Positions 39,947 through 53,300 of a stretch of 64,000 nucleotides of DNA are shown here, in pieces; position 1 is the first letter of the stretch, and every line of letters starts with the position of its first letter. The notes beneath the pieces were generated by a model. The model saw only the letters and a list, made by a program, of their open reading frames with translations, was not told the origin of the DNA and made no database searches. The translations under genes were made by a program, and so were the position numbers. The DNA comes from a virus (Duplodnaviria; Heunggongvirae; Uroviricota; Caudoviricetes): IMG/VR virus record IMGVR_UViG_3300021400_000048, positions 120,791 through 184,790 of that record; one strand, given 5' to 3'.

Positions 39947-41371
39947 TTAGTTATTCTCCCTTGACTTAACCTTAGATGCTAAATAAATATCTGGGTAGAT
40001 GTCTATATTGGCAATAGTTTCTTTATTTTTATTTGCATAAGATTTTTCAATATCCTTATCAATATAACCTAAACAATCAGTAAATGTTTTATCTTCTTTC
40101 TCACTAGCATAAGCATAGGCATAAGCTCTAATTAAATTATCTCAGAAGCCAAATTGTTCAAACTTAGCGCCATTTACTTGCATCACAGTCTGTACTCTTT
40201 TTACATTATCATTATTGTCGTCTACTGGTGTGATTACATTGCCAACTAAATATTCAATAAGTCTATCTGCAAAAGGATAGCTTTTACCAGTATTTATAGA
40301 TAGTAATTGTAGAGGTGAAATTAATTTATCAAGTCTACTATTTATATCAATTTCTGAGCCTTGACTATTATTAGCTAGATTAATAACTGCCTTATTTTTT
40401 AGTATTTTTATACTTCTACGTTCTGATTCTGGCTCAGTTGTAGTATCTACAAGAATACTTTGATTATATGCAGCATAATTACCTTCTAATATAACAATAG
40501 AAGACTCAGTATTTTTTGATACCTTTAAAAACATTACTAAGTTTTGCTCAACATTTGCCAAGTCAGATTCCTCTGCATAGTTTATTAAATCTTTAATTTT
40601 TGTATATACAATAGGTGAGCTAAAAGTTAGACTTGAATAATATTGATAAGTTTTTTCAGGTAAGCTAGCATATTTAGTACGGGCATCAAGATATTTGTCA
40701 TAAACTGCACAACAAACTTCTACTGAATTTATACTATCAATTGCAATAGTATATTCTTTAAATAGCTTAACAGGAATCATATAAATTCTATAATCTGTAG
40801 CGTCTGTAGAAAAAACTGCCTGTCATTGCTTAGTAACATTATTTGTTGTTTCATTTACATCTATCTTTAAATTTAAATTTTGTACTATATTATTATTAAA
40901 ACAATTATATAAAGACATTAAATTAATATCACTATAGTCTCTTAAAAATCTTAAATAATCACCAAGATAGTTGTGAGTATAAGTATCATAATAATTATTT
41001 TTTATTTGTAAGTTTTTTGTAAAGTTTCTTTCTCTTATATTATATAAATATTTAGTATTATAACTATTTATATCTTTTGCTTTATCTCTAATTTTACTAT
41101 AATTTTTTAGTATATTTCCAGTAATTCAACTGCCTTTGCCTGTTTCACTAGATTTAATATAATATTGTATTATATTGTCTTTAATATAAGGAATACTTTT
41201 AATATGATTACCTGAAACTACAGTAGCAATTATTTCAGGAGATTCAACACCATTTTTAGCAAAATACTCTGCAAACTCTCTAGTATATACTCTATACTTA
41301 GGAAGATTGAAGTCAGCTAATAATTGTTTAATATAACCTGTTATAATATGATTATTATTAAATTCAAGCAT
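39947..41371 (-). CDS. virion structural protein (474 aa, code 4)
   Basis: AGGAG RBS; joins track ORFs 41126-41371 and 40142-40780 via three TGA; lies between tape measure and tube initiator. Confidence 0.75.
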
Positions 41372-41384
41372 ATATTTCTCCTAA

Positions 41385-43574
41385 CTAAAAATGACTATTC
41401 ATATTTGTTAAATTATCAGCGAAGCTTCCTTCTACACGAACATTAACATGTCCAGCAGAAATAACATCTTTTAATAAGTTAGCAATTTCTACAATATGAT
41501 TATCTACTGTTGATAGCTTTGTTTCATTATTTTCTTCCTGTGCTGTTATAAGTTGCTTATTTCCTTCATCACGGGCTTCACTAATAATTGAATTTTTAAT
41601 CTCGCTACCTGCAGCATTTCCAATATAAGCAGATTCTGAGGTACTTTCACCACTTTCAATAGTATGTGCTCCTGAGCCTCTTGTTAGCACTGAGATTGAG
41701 TTTTTATTAATTCCTAATGCTGAAAGCATTTTGCTACTAAATAAGCCTCCACCAGCACCACCGGCAAAAATATTACCAATTAAGCCAAGGGCACTGCCGC
41801 CTAATGCAGTTGCACGCATTAAGTCTGCAACAGTAGTATTAAAGTTAACGCCAGTACCCATTACAAAAGGTGATGCAATACTTATACCACCAGTTAAATC
41901 TTCTAATAAGTTACCAGCTTTTAATATTGCATATAATGCAGGATTACTTGCTATATTAGCTGCAAGTGAATATTTAGCATTTGCAAAGCTATTACTCATT
42001 AATTCGCCAATACTAGTACGTTGATACATACTATTAGCCATGCTATATAATCTTCCTAAAGCAGAATTATAACTTAAATTATTAGCAGAAATATTTTTTA
42101 GTGAGCCTGATAAATTACTAGCAGCAGTTAAATCAGATCCTCTCATACCAAAGATGTTTGCTAATTGTTGTTTAACAACATGATTATCTGCAGTATCATT
42201 TGAAATCTTTATTAAGTAATTTACAACAGCATTTAATAAAGTATTTGTCTTAGAATCATTAATACCAGATTGCAATATTTCGCCTATTGATAGACCAGCT
42301 TGATTAGCTGCCATAATTAATAAATTACCATAGCCGCCTTCAGTTAAGCCTGAAATATCACCAGCAGCTAGTTTACCAAAAGCACTCGCAATTCCTTGAA
42401 CTGCTTCATTACTCATACCTACGGAAGATAATGAGCCCATTCATTTTTGAACTTGATATTCAAATCCAACAGAAGAAGTAGCATCCATTAATGACATTGC
42501 TTCTGCTAAGCTGCCTCTAACAGAATCTGCAACACCTCTTAAATATTCAGTATTTTCATACATATTATTTAAGAACGCAGTCATAGCAGATTCCATACCT
42601 AAACGAGCAGCAGTTGAGTCAGCTTGTTGTAATTTAATTAGCTTTAATAGTGTTGAATCTGTTGCATTAAATGTAGTTGCAATTTTATCCCTAATTGTTG
42701 CTAAGAATGCACGTTGTTCTACATTAAAAGAAATACCTGCAGCAATCATTGATTGAATATTTTTAACAGTATCTTCTTGTCTAACTAGTGGTGAAATAGC
42801 AGCTATATTTGTAATATCTTTTTGCATTTGAGCTCAATATGAACCATTTGCAGTATTATTTATAGTTGATCCTTGTAAAGCAGTATCAATAGAACTTTTA
42901 ATACTAGCAATACTATCGACAGTATTTGTCATGTTTTTGCCAATATTGCCAAGAGCATTAATGCTTGCACTTACAGCTCTTAATACACCACCGGCAACGC
43001 CACCATTGCTAACACCAGATTGATATATTTCACTAAGATTTTTAATACGACTAACAAGGCTGCCAGTAGTTAAATTTCTGCTATCAGCTTCTCGTTCTCT
43101 CTTTAAGTAGTCATTTATTTCTTTGCTATTCTTTTTTACAGCCTTAACTTCAAGCGCATGCTTTTCTTTTAACTGTTTTTCATAAGCATCAATCTCTTCT
43201 TTATTTTGCTTAGTAATATTTTGCTTTAATGTTTTTAAATTGTCAGTGCCATATTTTTGTTTTAACTTATTAGCTTTATCTTCAAGGCTTTTTTTCAATG
43301 CGTCTAATTTTCGCTCTTCTTGAGAATGCTTGTTAAAATAGTCAGTTTTAGCTGCAGCAATTAGTTCTTCAACTTTTAATGATCTTTTTCTATAATCATC
43401 TAAATCTTTGTTGACTCTATTGACAAACTCTAAATGTTTTTCCATTCTATAAGCGCTAGCTTTATCAATATTCTCAGCTTCAATTGCAGCCGTATTTTGT
43501 TCAGCAACTATGAGCTTCTTTAAATTATCTTCATAACCTGAGCCATAGCCAACTACCTCTAGCTTATTAGCCAT
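41385..43574 (-). CDS. tape measure protein (729 aa, code 4)
   Basis: helical A/G/S-rich; three track ORFs abut exactly at TGA 42834 and 42441. Confidence 0.8.
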
Positions 43575-43588
43575 AAAAATCTCCTATT

Positions 43589-43841
43589 CTATAACTTATT
43601 TCCTTTCTGGGCTGATGCATCATCAATTGCTTTCTTTGTATCTTCTAATTTATTATTAATTAAATTAATTAAGTATATACGTTCTGAAATTGACATATCA
43701 AGTGCTTCATTATAACCTATGTTTAAATTATCACAAATAAATCAACATTCCTTAATTAATTCTTTAATTCTTATTGGAGCGTAAGGTTTCCCATTACTAG
43801 ATATTTGTGGGTCTAAAAAACTCTGATTCGAAGCGAAAAAA
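43589..43841 (-). CDS. gp51-like / GT-type chaperone extension, start-less +1 frame
   Basis: SFLDPQISSNGKPYAPIRIKELIKECWFIC..LDMSISERIYLINLI; no early start codon; overlaps the end of the chaperone gene. Confidence 0.6.
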
Positions 43842-44567
43842 GGTTTTTACCTCATTTTTACAGTGCGGACACTCTGCAATAAATTGTGTATCAATACCAA
43901 TACAAGTACTTAATTGTGCAAAATTATTTTGAATTTTAATAAAGTCCTTTGAGGATAAATTATTAATAAATTTTTCTAATTCAATTTGACTTAATTTTTC
44001 ACCATCAACTGTATCAATTGCTTCTTGTACTAATATAAATGTTCTAAAATCAATCTCTGAGTCTTTAAAACGTTTTTCTAAATCTCTTGTTCGATTATCA
44101 ATATTATCTAAGATATGTGGTGTTTGAATTTTAATTGTAACTAATCTTTTGCAATCTGGTAGCGTAAATGTACGTAGACTGTCAAAAGTTTCTTGATCAA
44201 ACTCTTTAACTTCTAATTCATCTAAATGCACAATTGTATTTAACACTGATCCACAGAATGGACAAGTAACAGTCATTTTATATTCATCGCCATAAGATAC
44301 AATTCTTAATTTATGTAATAAAAATTCATAATCACCAAATGCCATATCATAAACAGGTATAGCAGGTTTTTCTAACATACAGTTTTCAATTAATGTTGCT
44401 AATGTTTTAAAAGGTGTTGTAGAGCTATTTAATCTTTTCATTTCATCTCTAGCTGTCATACTTCTAAGTTCTACGTGTGGATTAACAGATACACCTTCAT
44501 AAATAAGTCCCTTAGAAGGTAGCTCATAACCTTCTGCGATTGTATAATTTTGTTGTCTTTCTTCCAT
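43797..44567 (-). CDS. baseplate hub / tail assembly chaperone, T4 gp26-like
   Basis: ELPSKGLIY..VELRSMTARDE; CPFCG and CPHCK zinc motifs; between tube and tape measure. Confidence 0.8.
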   Translation of the reverse strand: MEERQQNYTIAEGYELPSKGLIYEGVSVNPHVELRSMTARDEMKRLNSSTTPFKTLATLIENCMLEKPAIPVYDMAFGDYEFLLHKLRIVSYGDEYKMTVTCPFCGSVLNTIVHLDELEVKEFDQETFDSLRTFTLPDCKRLVTIKIQTPHILDNIDNRTRDLEKRFKDSEIDFRTFILVQEAIDTVDGEKLSQIELEKFINNLSSKDFIKIQNNFAQLSTCIGIDTQFIAECPHCKNEVKTFFRFESEFFRPTNI

Positions 44568-44582
44568 GATTAATTCCTTTCT

Positions 44583-44744
44583 TTATTCACGATTTTCAAA
44601 ATGTTTTTCCAAAATTTCTCTAATAAGTGCTGATACGGTTATATTTCTCTTTTTAGCTTGTGTCTCTAAACGTTTTTTTAGTGGCTTAGTCGCTTCAAAG
44701 GTTTGCATAATCTTATCACTTCTATCTAATTTTTTTCGTCCCAT
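44583..44744 (-). CDS. ribbon-helix-helix (CopG/Arc-like) protein (53 aa)
   Basis: IMQTFEATKPLKKRLETQAKKRNITVSALIREILEKHF; AAAGGA RBS; below track cutoff. Confidence 0.75.
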   Translation of the reverse strand: MGRKKLDRSDKIMQTFEATKPLKKRLETQAKKRNITVSALIREILEKHFENRE

Positions 44745-44774
44745 AATTTTATTCCTTTCAATAAGACTTCTATT

Positions 44775-44783
44775 TAATTTAGC
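44775..44783 (-). promoter_or_regulatory. putative late promoter GCTAAATTA
   Basis: upstream of RHH gene. Confidence 0.65.
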
Positions 44784-44871
44784 AAATAATAAAAATATAT
44801 TTATTAAATTTTTATTAAATCTATTTTAGTAAAATAAAAAACTGCTATTATGCAGTCCTTTATTTTTTATA

Positions 44872-45474
44872 TTAAACAGTTCTGTCTGCTTCAGACATTT
44901 CAGCTCTATCATATTGAATAGTAGCACCTGCTTGACGCTTGCCATCATTTTCTTTATCAAAATCAGCATCATCTACATCACTACATCAACTACCTTTTAA
45001 AGTCCATGTTCTAACAATTTCATAGTCTTGTGTATACTCTACTAAAGTAGTATCATACTTATAGTCAGCCATGCGACCACCTTTTCTTGTCTTAGTATCA
45101 TAAGCTAATTCTTTTCAAGCTAATAAAACTGCTTTTGTATCCATTCCAATAACATCATCGACAGTAATGCTTCCATCTTTCCAAGTAGGAACACCTGCAA
45201 ATTTGATTTTTTCATTACCACGACTGTAAACTAAAGGCTCTAATGAATAGCCTGGAACTGTTGTTCTTACAACATTTAAACGAATAGCATCTGTAGGATT
45301 AACAGGAAGCTCAGTTAAACGATTAAATGTACTTGCAACTTTCTCTAAAATTTTTTGATTCAATTCTTCAGGAAGTAATAATGTAAAGAAACCAGTTCTG
45401 GCTGCTTCATATTGTTGAAGATTAGCACTAATATGTTCGGCATTTAAACCAAGATTATTTATTTTATTTGGCAT
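44872..45474 (-). CDS. tail tube protein, T4 gp19-like (200 aa, code 4)
   Basis: KIKFAGVPTWKDGSITVDD..W(TGA)KELAYD..RTWTLKGSW(TGA)..IQYDRA. Confidence 0.88.
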
Positions 45475-45490
45475 AATTTATTCTCCTTTA

Positions 45491-47086
45491 TTATTCATCA
45501 TCTTCATCAAATGATACAAGAGTTCCTGTAATTCCATCTTCTAATGTAAGGCTAATATCGAAATCTTCTACAGCTTCAACTGGAACAATTCTAACAATAG
45601 CTTTAATTTCAGCTTTTCTTTCAGTTGCTACTTTTAAGATTCTATAATCTTCTATTCCTTGATTTGCTTGAGCTTTTTCAAGAATAGGTCTAATTTTATT
45701 ACAGAAATTATTTCATAAAATAATATTATTAGGTTCAAATTTTAAGTCACAGCAAGCATCATAAATAGCATTTTTAATACCACAGCATAAATGTCTAATA
45801 TTTAAGAAATGACTTGCTTTTAAATCAGTTGCTTCTTTTGGACAATAAGCTGTTCTATTACCTCAAATATAATAGCTATAAGTATAATTACTATTTTTAA
45901 TACGAATAATTGTATTTACACTTGGGCACTCATGTGTGTCTCTTGGTTGAAGAGCATCTGCAGCACTTTCGCCAAAATTATAGCCAAAGCCCTTAATTTT
46001 ATAGAAACTATTTGTTCCACGAGTTTTACCAGCAATAGCAAACCACTCATCATAGTTATTTAGCTCAGCTTCTTTAGCACTTGCTAAATAATAAACATAA
46101 GCAGGAAGAGTAGTATATGTATAAGGATAGTCATTATCTTGTGGAATAAATGTAAATTCTGGCTCAAAAATTCCAAGATATTTACTTTCTGTAATCTTAA
46201 TATTATTCTCATCATCTGTTACAAAAGCTTTAGCATATGCTTTAGACTTTGTAATAACAGTAGCAGGTACTGAAATATCTTTATAAGCATCAGTAGGAAC
46301 ATCAACTAAAGCAATACAATCACCCCTACCATTTTCTGTAACTTCAGTATTATACTTGCTAGCAATCTTTAAAATTAATTTTTCTGCTGTACTAACAGTT
46401 ATAATATCACTAATAGTTGTAGCATCATTCTTTAAACCAGTTACGATATAACGGAATACATAGTTATTACGATCTACTAAGCAACTAAAATTGTCTCAAG
46501 TATAGTCAGTACTAATGTTTTCAATTTTCTTATAAAGTACAGTATAACCAATACCTAATAATTCATAAGCAACTTGATTACCAATACTATTTGTAGCTTC
46601 TGCAGCGTTAGAACCAACATTTGTTAATTCATAATAATCAGTTGAGCTAGGGAATTGGCCATATCCATCACTTGTAAATACATAAGTGTATTTATAGCCA
46701 TTTGTATCTACTAAATAACCAGGTGTATATGTAGATTCAGCACTTTTTGTATATACTTTTGTTCCTGCTGAAATAGTATAATATTCAGTAGTTCCAGCTA
46801 ATGTTTGAGCTACAGCTGGTACTGCAGGAATAGCTGTAGAAGTACTTTCTACACAACCAATATACTTTTTAAACCATTGTTGAGCAGTTTTAGAAGCATC
46901 GCCAGCTGTACGACCTTTTCAAGTATTAGAATCTAGTGGATTTATTTCACAAATACCATTTTCATCTCAGATAGTGTCATCAACAGTTTCTGGTTGAACT
47001 AAACCTGGAACAACGACAGCAAAAATATTATTTTCTACATTATTAATACTTGTTAAATCGTATTCTTTAATTATATTTTTTGGCAT
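45491..47086 (-). CDS. tail sheath protein, T4 gp18-like (531 aa, code 4)
   Basis: GRGDCIALVD, YIW(TGA)GNRTAY, LNIRHL, FEPN...W; absent from the code-11 track. Confidence 0.92.
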
Positions 47087-47140
47087 AATATTTTTTCTCC
47101 TTATATTTTAACAATTGTAATAAATAACTATACAATCAAT

Positions 47141-47149
47141 TAATTTAGC
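47141..47149 (-). promoter_or_regulatory. putative late promoter GCTAAATTA
   Basis: upstream of sheath gene. Confidence 0.65.
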
Positions 47150-47182
47150 AAATAATGTTTAATAATTATTTATTTTTAGTTT

Positions 47183-47869
47183 TTATTGTGTCGATATTTT
47201 ATTAATATCTTCTGAACTAACAACTACTTCAAAATCATCTTCATCAATTTTTCCTGTAGCTGGCTCTGTTTTATTAAAAGTAGACTCTAAATCAACATCA
47301 ATAAGTTTTCAGCCTTTTCTGTAAGGAATATTAAAGTAAAAAGCATCTTGTATTTCTAACTTTATACTTCAACGAGTAAATTGACCTGGGAATAGATGTT
47401 GTGAAATATCACTAGTATCTGATATTGGACTTAATATTCTAATGTTAGCAATATGTTCAATATTTACTCCCTGATAAGGAATAAGAACTTTGATTACTGG
47501 GTTATTTATTAGCTTAAATAAGAAGCTCCTAACATATTCATCGCCTTCTTCATATGTTTTTGTATAAATATCTAATTGATAACCAAGTCTAATAGGAATA
47601 ACATTTAATTGTAAAGAATTGCTACCAGCTGAAATTAATTTTATACCATCATAAGATTTACTATTCTTAATAGTAGACAATAGTTCAATATCAGGGTCCC
47701 TAGATATTGCTATAAAAGGCAGTTTAACAGGAGCATCATTAGAGTCATCTGCCAGTACTTCAAATAACCTTGTAGTTTCATCCGGCTTTAAAACTCTTAA
47801 ATTAGATGACTCCGGTATTCATTTTAAAATTTTATATGATAATACACTATCATAGTATCTTGTTGCCAT
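47183..47869 (-). CDS. tail terminator, T4 gp15-like (228 aa, code 4)
   Basis: PIRLGYQLDIYTKTYEEGDEYVRSFL; three TGA; upstream of sheath. Confidence 0.6.
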
Positions 47870-47883
47870 ATTAATATCCTTTC

Positions 47884-48207
47884 TTATCTAAATACATAAG
47901 CTATAATATTACTTCCATGAATATTACCAATACCATTTGCAATTATATGAAATAATTTATTACAATCTGGGCTCATTCAAAATATTTCAATAGCATTAGA
48001 ATAAATTTCACCAACTCTACATGTATTTAAAAGTAATCTACAAGCACCAATTAGTGAAATCTTATAATTTTGTAATAAATAAGTATTTATGCTATGTTCT
48101 GCTGCGCCAAATCTATACTTATATAATAGTGTTAGTGCAGTTCTTTTTCAAGCTAACAAAGCAGCTTGTTTAGAATAAATTTGACGTTTAGGCATGGTAA
48201 TAATCAT
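47884..48207 (-). CDS. hypothetical late protein (107 aa, code 4)
   Basis: AGGAG RBS; two TGA; fills the gap exactly. Confidence 0.7.
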
Positions 48208-48220
48208 AGATAGCTATCTC

Positions 48221-49780
48221 CTATTGTTTGTTTACCAAATATTTTTTAGTAAGTTCAATTATTTTAGCAGGATTTGATAAATTATATAATTTACCAACGC
48301 GTTCAATAAGACTATTTAATTTTTTCATATTTTCTGCTGAAATATTATTATTGATTTGTACCTTATCTATTAAGTTTGTGCCACTTTTTGCAATATTAAC
48401 TGTATCAAGCCACCATAAAAATAATTTTATAAGATTTACATCATTTTGTTCATTATAGATTTTACTTAAACTATCTTGGGTTATAGTTTTACGAGTATCT
48501 GTTTTTTCTTCTTCTTCCTCTATTGTAACATCAAATAAGTCTTCTATATTTTCTTCAATATTTCCACTTGAACGTAATGTAGCATTTTCTTCTCTCACAG
48601 TTGAACCAGTAAAAATGAACAATCTTAATGCAGTACCTTGATTGTCAATTTCACCAGAAGTAGGATTTATTGCATATAATTTACTAATTTTAGTAGGGTC
48701 ATCTGTTTGAATATATTTTAAAACATTCATATCAATAGCCTGTTCAACTATAGAACTATTATTTGGTTCCCATTTTGCTTTTTCGCTTTGTCGTTGTTTT
48801 AGATAGCTATTAAAATCACTCTGTAACATTAAATAATTATAAGCTTTGTTTGCCTCTACTAAATATAAGTCTTTTAAAGCAATAATGTCTTTATCATATG
48901 TTTTTGGACTGTTATTAAAAGCTATTATAGAGTTAATACTAAGCTTTTTGCTAGCTACGGCATTATGTATAGCAGTGTAGGTATTATGTTTTATAGGATA
49001 ACCTAAATCTAATAAAGTATGCACAAAACCAATAAATGGATTCTTCGAGCGTCTAAAACCAAAGTTCACAACTTCTTGTTGAAAAGCTTCGCCTAAAGCT
49101 GCCACAGTTTCAACATTTTCTGCACCAAATTCTGCTTCATAGAAGTTTAGTCAAGCGCCACTTATTAAACCGTTCTTAGCAGCTGCTTCAAATCTATCTT
49201 TCCAAGTCTCTGCCTCTGGTTCATCTTTAATGTTATCTAAAAGATCTTTACCTTGGCTAGTATTTAATTTTTCTTCTAAATTAATAATATTGTTTATTAC
49301 TTTAGCTCTCTTCGCACTATTAACAAGCTTATCAATTTGTTTCAATGTGTCAGTATTAATATTACGTACTTTAGCCAATAATTTTTCCAGTCTCAAAACA
49401 TTTGGGATATCTTTTTCTGTTGCAGCTTTTTTAGCAATTCTAAGTGTATTTATGCAAGCTGCTGTTTTTTGAAATGTATTTTTATTGTCATTAATATATT
49501 CACTAATGTCTTGACCGTTAATAATTGTTGTATTATATTTTGCGCAATAGTTTTTAATTGTGTTAGCAAAGTCCTTAAGTGCTGCAGCTTTATTACTAGT
49601 ACTAGCTGAATTATTTTTAAAAGTATCTTTAATTTTTTTAGCTAACTCTGGCAATTGTATATCTAATAATTTTAGCTCACCAATATCTTTTAACAATGCT
49701 TTTGTTAAGTCTATATTACTTTCTTCTGTTAAAATATATCTTTGATTTGGAATATCTACTTCTTGTAATATATATCTCAT
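48221..49780 (-). CDS. hypothetical late protein (519 aa, code 4)
   Basis: two track ORFs joined in frame by TGA 49151. Confidence 0.8.
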
Positions 49781-49781
49781 A

Positions 49782-50291
49782 TTAATCGTCGTCCTCCAAA
49801 TCTACTAGTAAATTATTAGTTGAGCTATCAAAATTATGAATAGTTGAAAGTTCATCAGTATCTTCATATTCAGGTGCAATTTCACAGGCAATAGATGCTG
49901 GATAAATCATAATATTTTGCATACTAATTACTCTAAATCTTCTTGCTTTGCCATCATCAAGTCCACTTGGAACATCAAATAAACAGCCTACTTGCAAATC
50001 TTCTAAATCATAAGGAACATGAATCATACTAGAATTTTCTTGTAGCTCAGCAACCCAGCCACGCTTTTTTAAAGTTTTTTGATCTGGGTGTTCTTCAAAA
50101 ATAACAAATACTTCAATTGGATCAGCATAATTTGCTTCTAAATCACCATGTATATTAAAGTTTTTTCCATTTAGTGGCTTTCTATAAAGCATTTTTATAC
50201 CAAGAAGCTTGCACATTTGTTTAAATTCTCAGCGATGTAATTTCGCGTCTTTATTCAGCAATAATCCATAATCTTTTGGTTTATCTGACAT
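49782..50291 (-). CDS. putative neck / head-closure protein, gp14-like (169 aa, code 4)
   Basis: AAGGAG RBS, ATG 50289-50291; one TGA; function inferred from position and weak motif. Confidence 0.5.
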
Positions 50292-50312
50292 AAAAAATTC
50301 ATCTCCTTTAAG

Positions 50313-50352
50313 AAAAAAGATTAGTTGGCCTTAATGACCAGCCAATCTTTTA
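50313..50352 (-). terminator. intrinsic terminator
   Basis: AAAGATTAGTTGG..CCAGCCAATCTTT hairpin with T-tract. Confidence 0.6.
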
Positions 50353-50353
50353 T

Positions 50354-53300
50354 TTATTTTCTAGTTGCTAATCCTTCAACTAAATGTTCACCAATAGTGT
50401 ATTTATAGCTCATACTTTGTGGTACTAAGCAAGATTCTTTTAATACACAGTTAATTCTAAAGTTTCCATCTTCAGAAAGTGCTTTATTATAACCTTCTAA
50501 AATTGCTTTGCCTTCTGTTTTAGCTGCGCTTTCAAATACATATTGAGTTTTTCTTGTTTTGCCAGAATTAAAGTTAATAGTTCCTTCAACAATAAACTTA
50601 TTATCTTTTAATACACATTCATCTAATGTAAAGCTTTTAACATTTTCATATGTCTTACATAATGCTTCTGTAATGCATCCTTCAAATGCTTTTTCATCTG
50701 CTTCATCAACATTTTCAAATACTTTATTAATATTACATTCTGCTAAAGCATTTGGATCATTTAACATATCATCAAATGCTTTACTGTCAACTAATTTATC
50801 AAATTCTGCATCAGAAACTTCATTAGATGTATTATCAGCTTCTTTTAAAGATTCATCAAAATCTTCATCTTCTTCATCTTCTTCTTCAGCAAGACCAAGA
50901 TAACTTAAAATATCTTCACTATCAAACCAAAGAATGTCATTAAGTTGAACCATTTGAAGTCCTTCTGGATAGCATTCTTCAAGGTATTCTTCAAGTTGGT
51001 CTAACTTACCTGCATCTTTAATTTTATTAAAAGTATCAACAGCACCAGACCAAGGTGTATAATCACTAATATCTGCAATAATCTTTAAAGCTTCATCTAA
51101 TTCAGCTGGTTCTTCAACAGGTTCTTCAATAACTTCTGTTTCATCAACAGCTTCTTCATCAGCTACAGGTTCTTCAACTGGCGCTTCTTCTTCAGTTGTT
51201 TGTTCTTCAGTTTCAACTTTTTCTTCTACTGCATCAGCAACTTTTTCATCAACTACTTCAGCAATTTCTTCAGCTTGTTTTTCAGCTTCTTCTTCATTTT
51301 CAACTGGAGTGGATAGAGCTTGAGCAACGTCAGTAGCGACTTCTTTAACTTCAGATGTAGTAAAATCTACTTCAGGAAGTTCTTCTTTTTCTTCAGTTTC
51401 TTCAACATCAGTTTCTACAGGTTCTTCAACTACTTCATCAGCTACTTCTTCAGTTTCAGCAGCAGCTTCTTTTAAACTTTCATCTAAACCAAATTGTTTT
51501 CTTGAAAAACCATATTTTGAAGAATCCGCATCACTAACAAATTTTTCTCTATAGAATTCTTCCATATTATCTACTGTACCTCTAAATACATAAACAGGTA
51601 AATTTGAGTCCTCATTTTCTACAGAGACAATTTCAATGTTATATTCTTTAGGGTCATAATCTAAGCCGCCGGCACAAGTAATTGGTTGAGTTGTAATTAT
51701 GCGAGCAGATTCTTCTAAAGCAGCTTCGTTTAAAGTTAAGTTTTCAGAATCATTTTCTGCACAATGTTTTTTATCAACATCTTTTTGAACATCAGCTTTA
51801 TTTAAAGATTCTTCTACTTCAGCTGTTTCTTTAACTAAAAATGTTGCAGGATCAACTTGCTTTAAGTTTTCTCTAGAATATTTATCAAATAAATAATCTA
51901 TTGCATCTTCCGGTTTTAAGAAATCATAATATCCTTGTGCTCAGTAACCAGTTGTTAAATCATAACCGGCACCTAATGCATAGTCATTTGATTTAGGTCT
52001 ATATACAACTACGTATAATCTACCTTTATCATTTTGATATAAGTTTTTAACTTCAAAGCCCATTTTTGAAGTAGTTAAGAAATCTCTATTAATCCCCTCA
52101 GTTAAAGATTCATTAATAGCTTTCTTTGTAGTAGTTTCTTTAGATTCTACTTTTTCAGTTGTTTCTTCATCATCTGCTACTTCAATTTCATAACCAGGTT
52201 TAAATTTTTCATATTTATCAAGAGCAACTTCATAAGTTTTGTTGTCTTCTTTATTTTTAAATACTCTACTTACATAAACACCGATTACATCATCATTGTT
52301 AGCTAAAAGTTCATCTCTAATTGTTTTAACTTTTTCAGGAATAGCAGCAGCTTCAACTTCTTTTGTAATAATTGTATTATATAATTTATCTATACCAAAT
52401 AACTTATATTTGCCGCCAGCATATGGACAATTTTTACCAGCCTTCTTTGCATCTAAACAAGCTTTCTTAATATCTTCATAATTGATAAGAATTGTATCAT
52501 CATCTACAGCTTCTGTAATACCTATAGCAGGTTTAGTTTTTGCAGTTGTAGTATTATTTTCACCGCCTCAATTTTTTACAAAATTATCAAAGGTTTTATC
52601 AATTTCTTTAGGGTCAATGTCTTTATTGCCTTTATTTAGTAAATCTTTAATTTCACTTAGTGTTAAGGCTCTTAACTGATCAGCAAGTTTTTTATCACCA
52701 TGAGCTCTTAAAGCTTTAATAAGTGCTAGTTTTTCTTTTTGCTCAGCAGCTGTTTCCACTCCTGCTGGTAGTTTTTTATCGTCAGCTACATTAACATCTT
52801 CATTTAGTCCTCAAGAATTAATAACTGAATTAATAATATCATCGATTTCTGATTCTTTTAATTCTTGTTTACCACATTCACAGATTTTTTTTCCGCATTT
52901 TTCACAAACTGTATTTTCCTCTTTAATAGGTGTTTCATGCTCAGCTTGTAATTCATCTTGCTTAGCAGCTTCACCTTGTTCCTCTTTTAAAGATATATCT
53001 CTATCTAAATAAGGGAGTACCCTAAGAATAGGTTCAACAAAACTGCCTATATTATATTTTTTAGCTATTGAATCTACTTCTGATAGCTTAGGAACAATAC
53101 CCTCTTTTGCATATTTTATAGCTAATTGAGCAAGTTCTTTTTGAGCTTTCTTATAATTATCATAATAGCTATTATCATTAGCAAAATCTTTATTGGTTCA
53201 ATTTGCCCAGTCGTATACAGGAGACTTTTCAAAGATTAGTAAATCCTCATATGGCTCTACAGTTTTAGCTAAATCTTCATTTAAAGTGATATTTTCAGAG

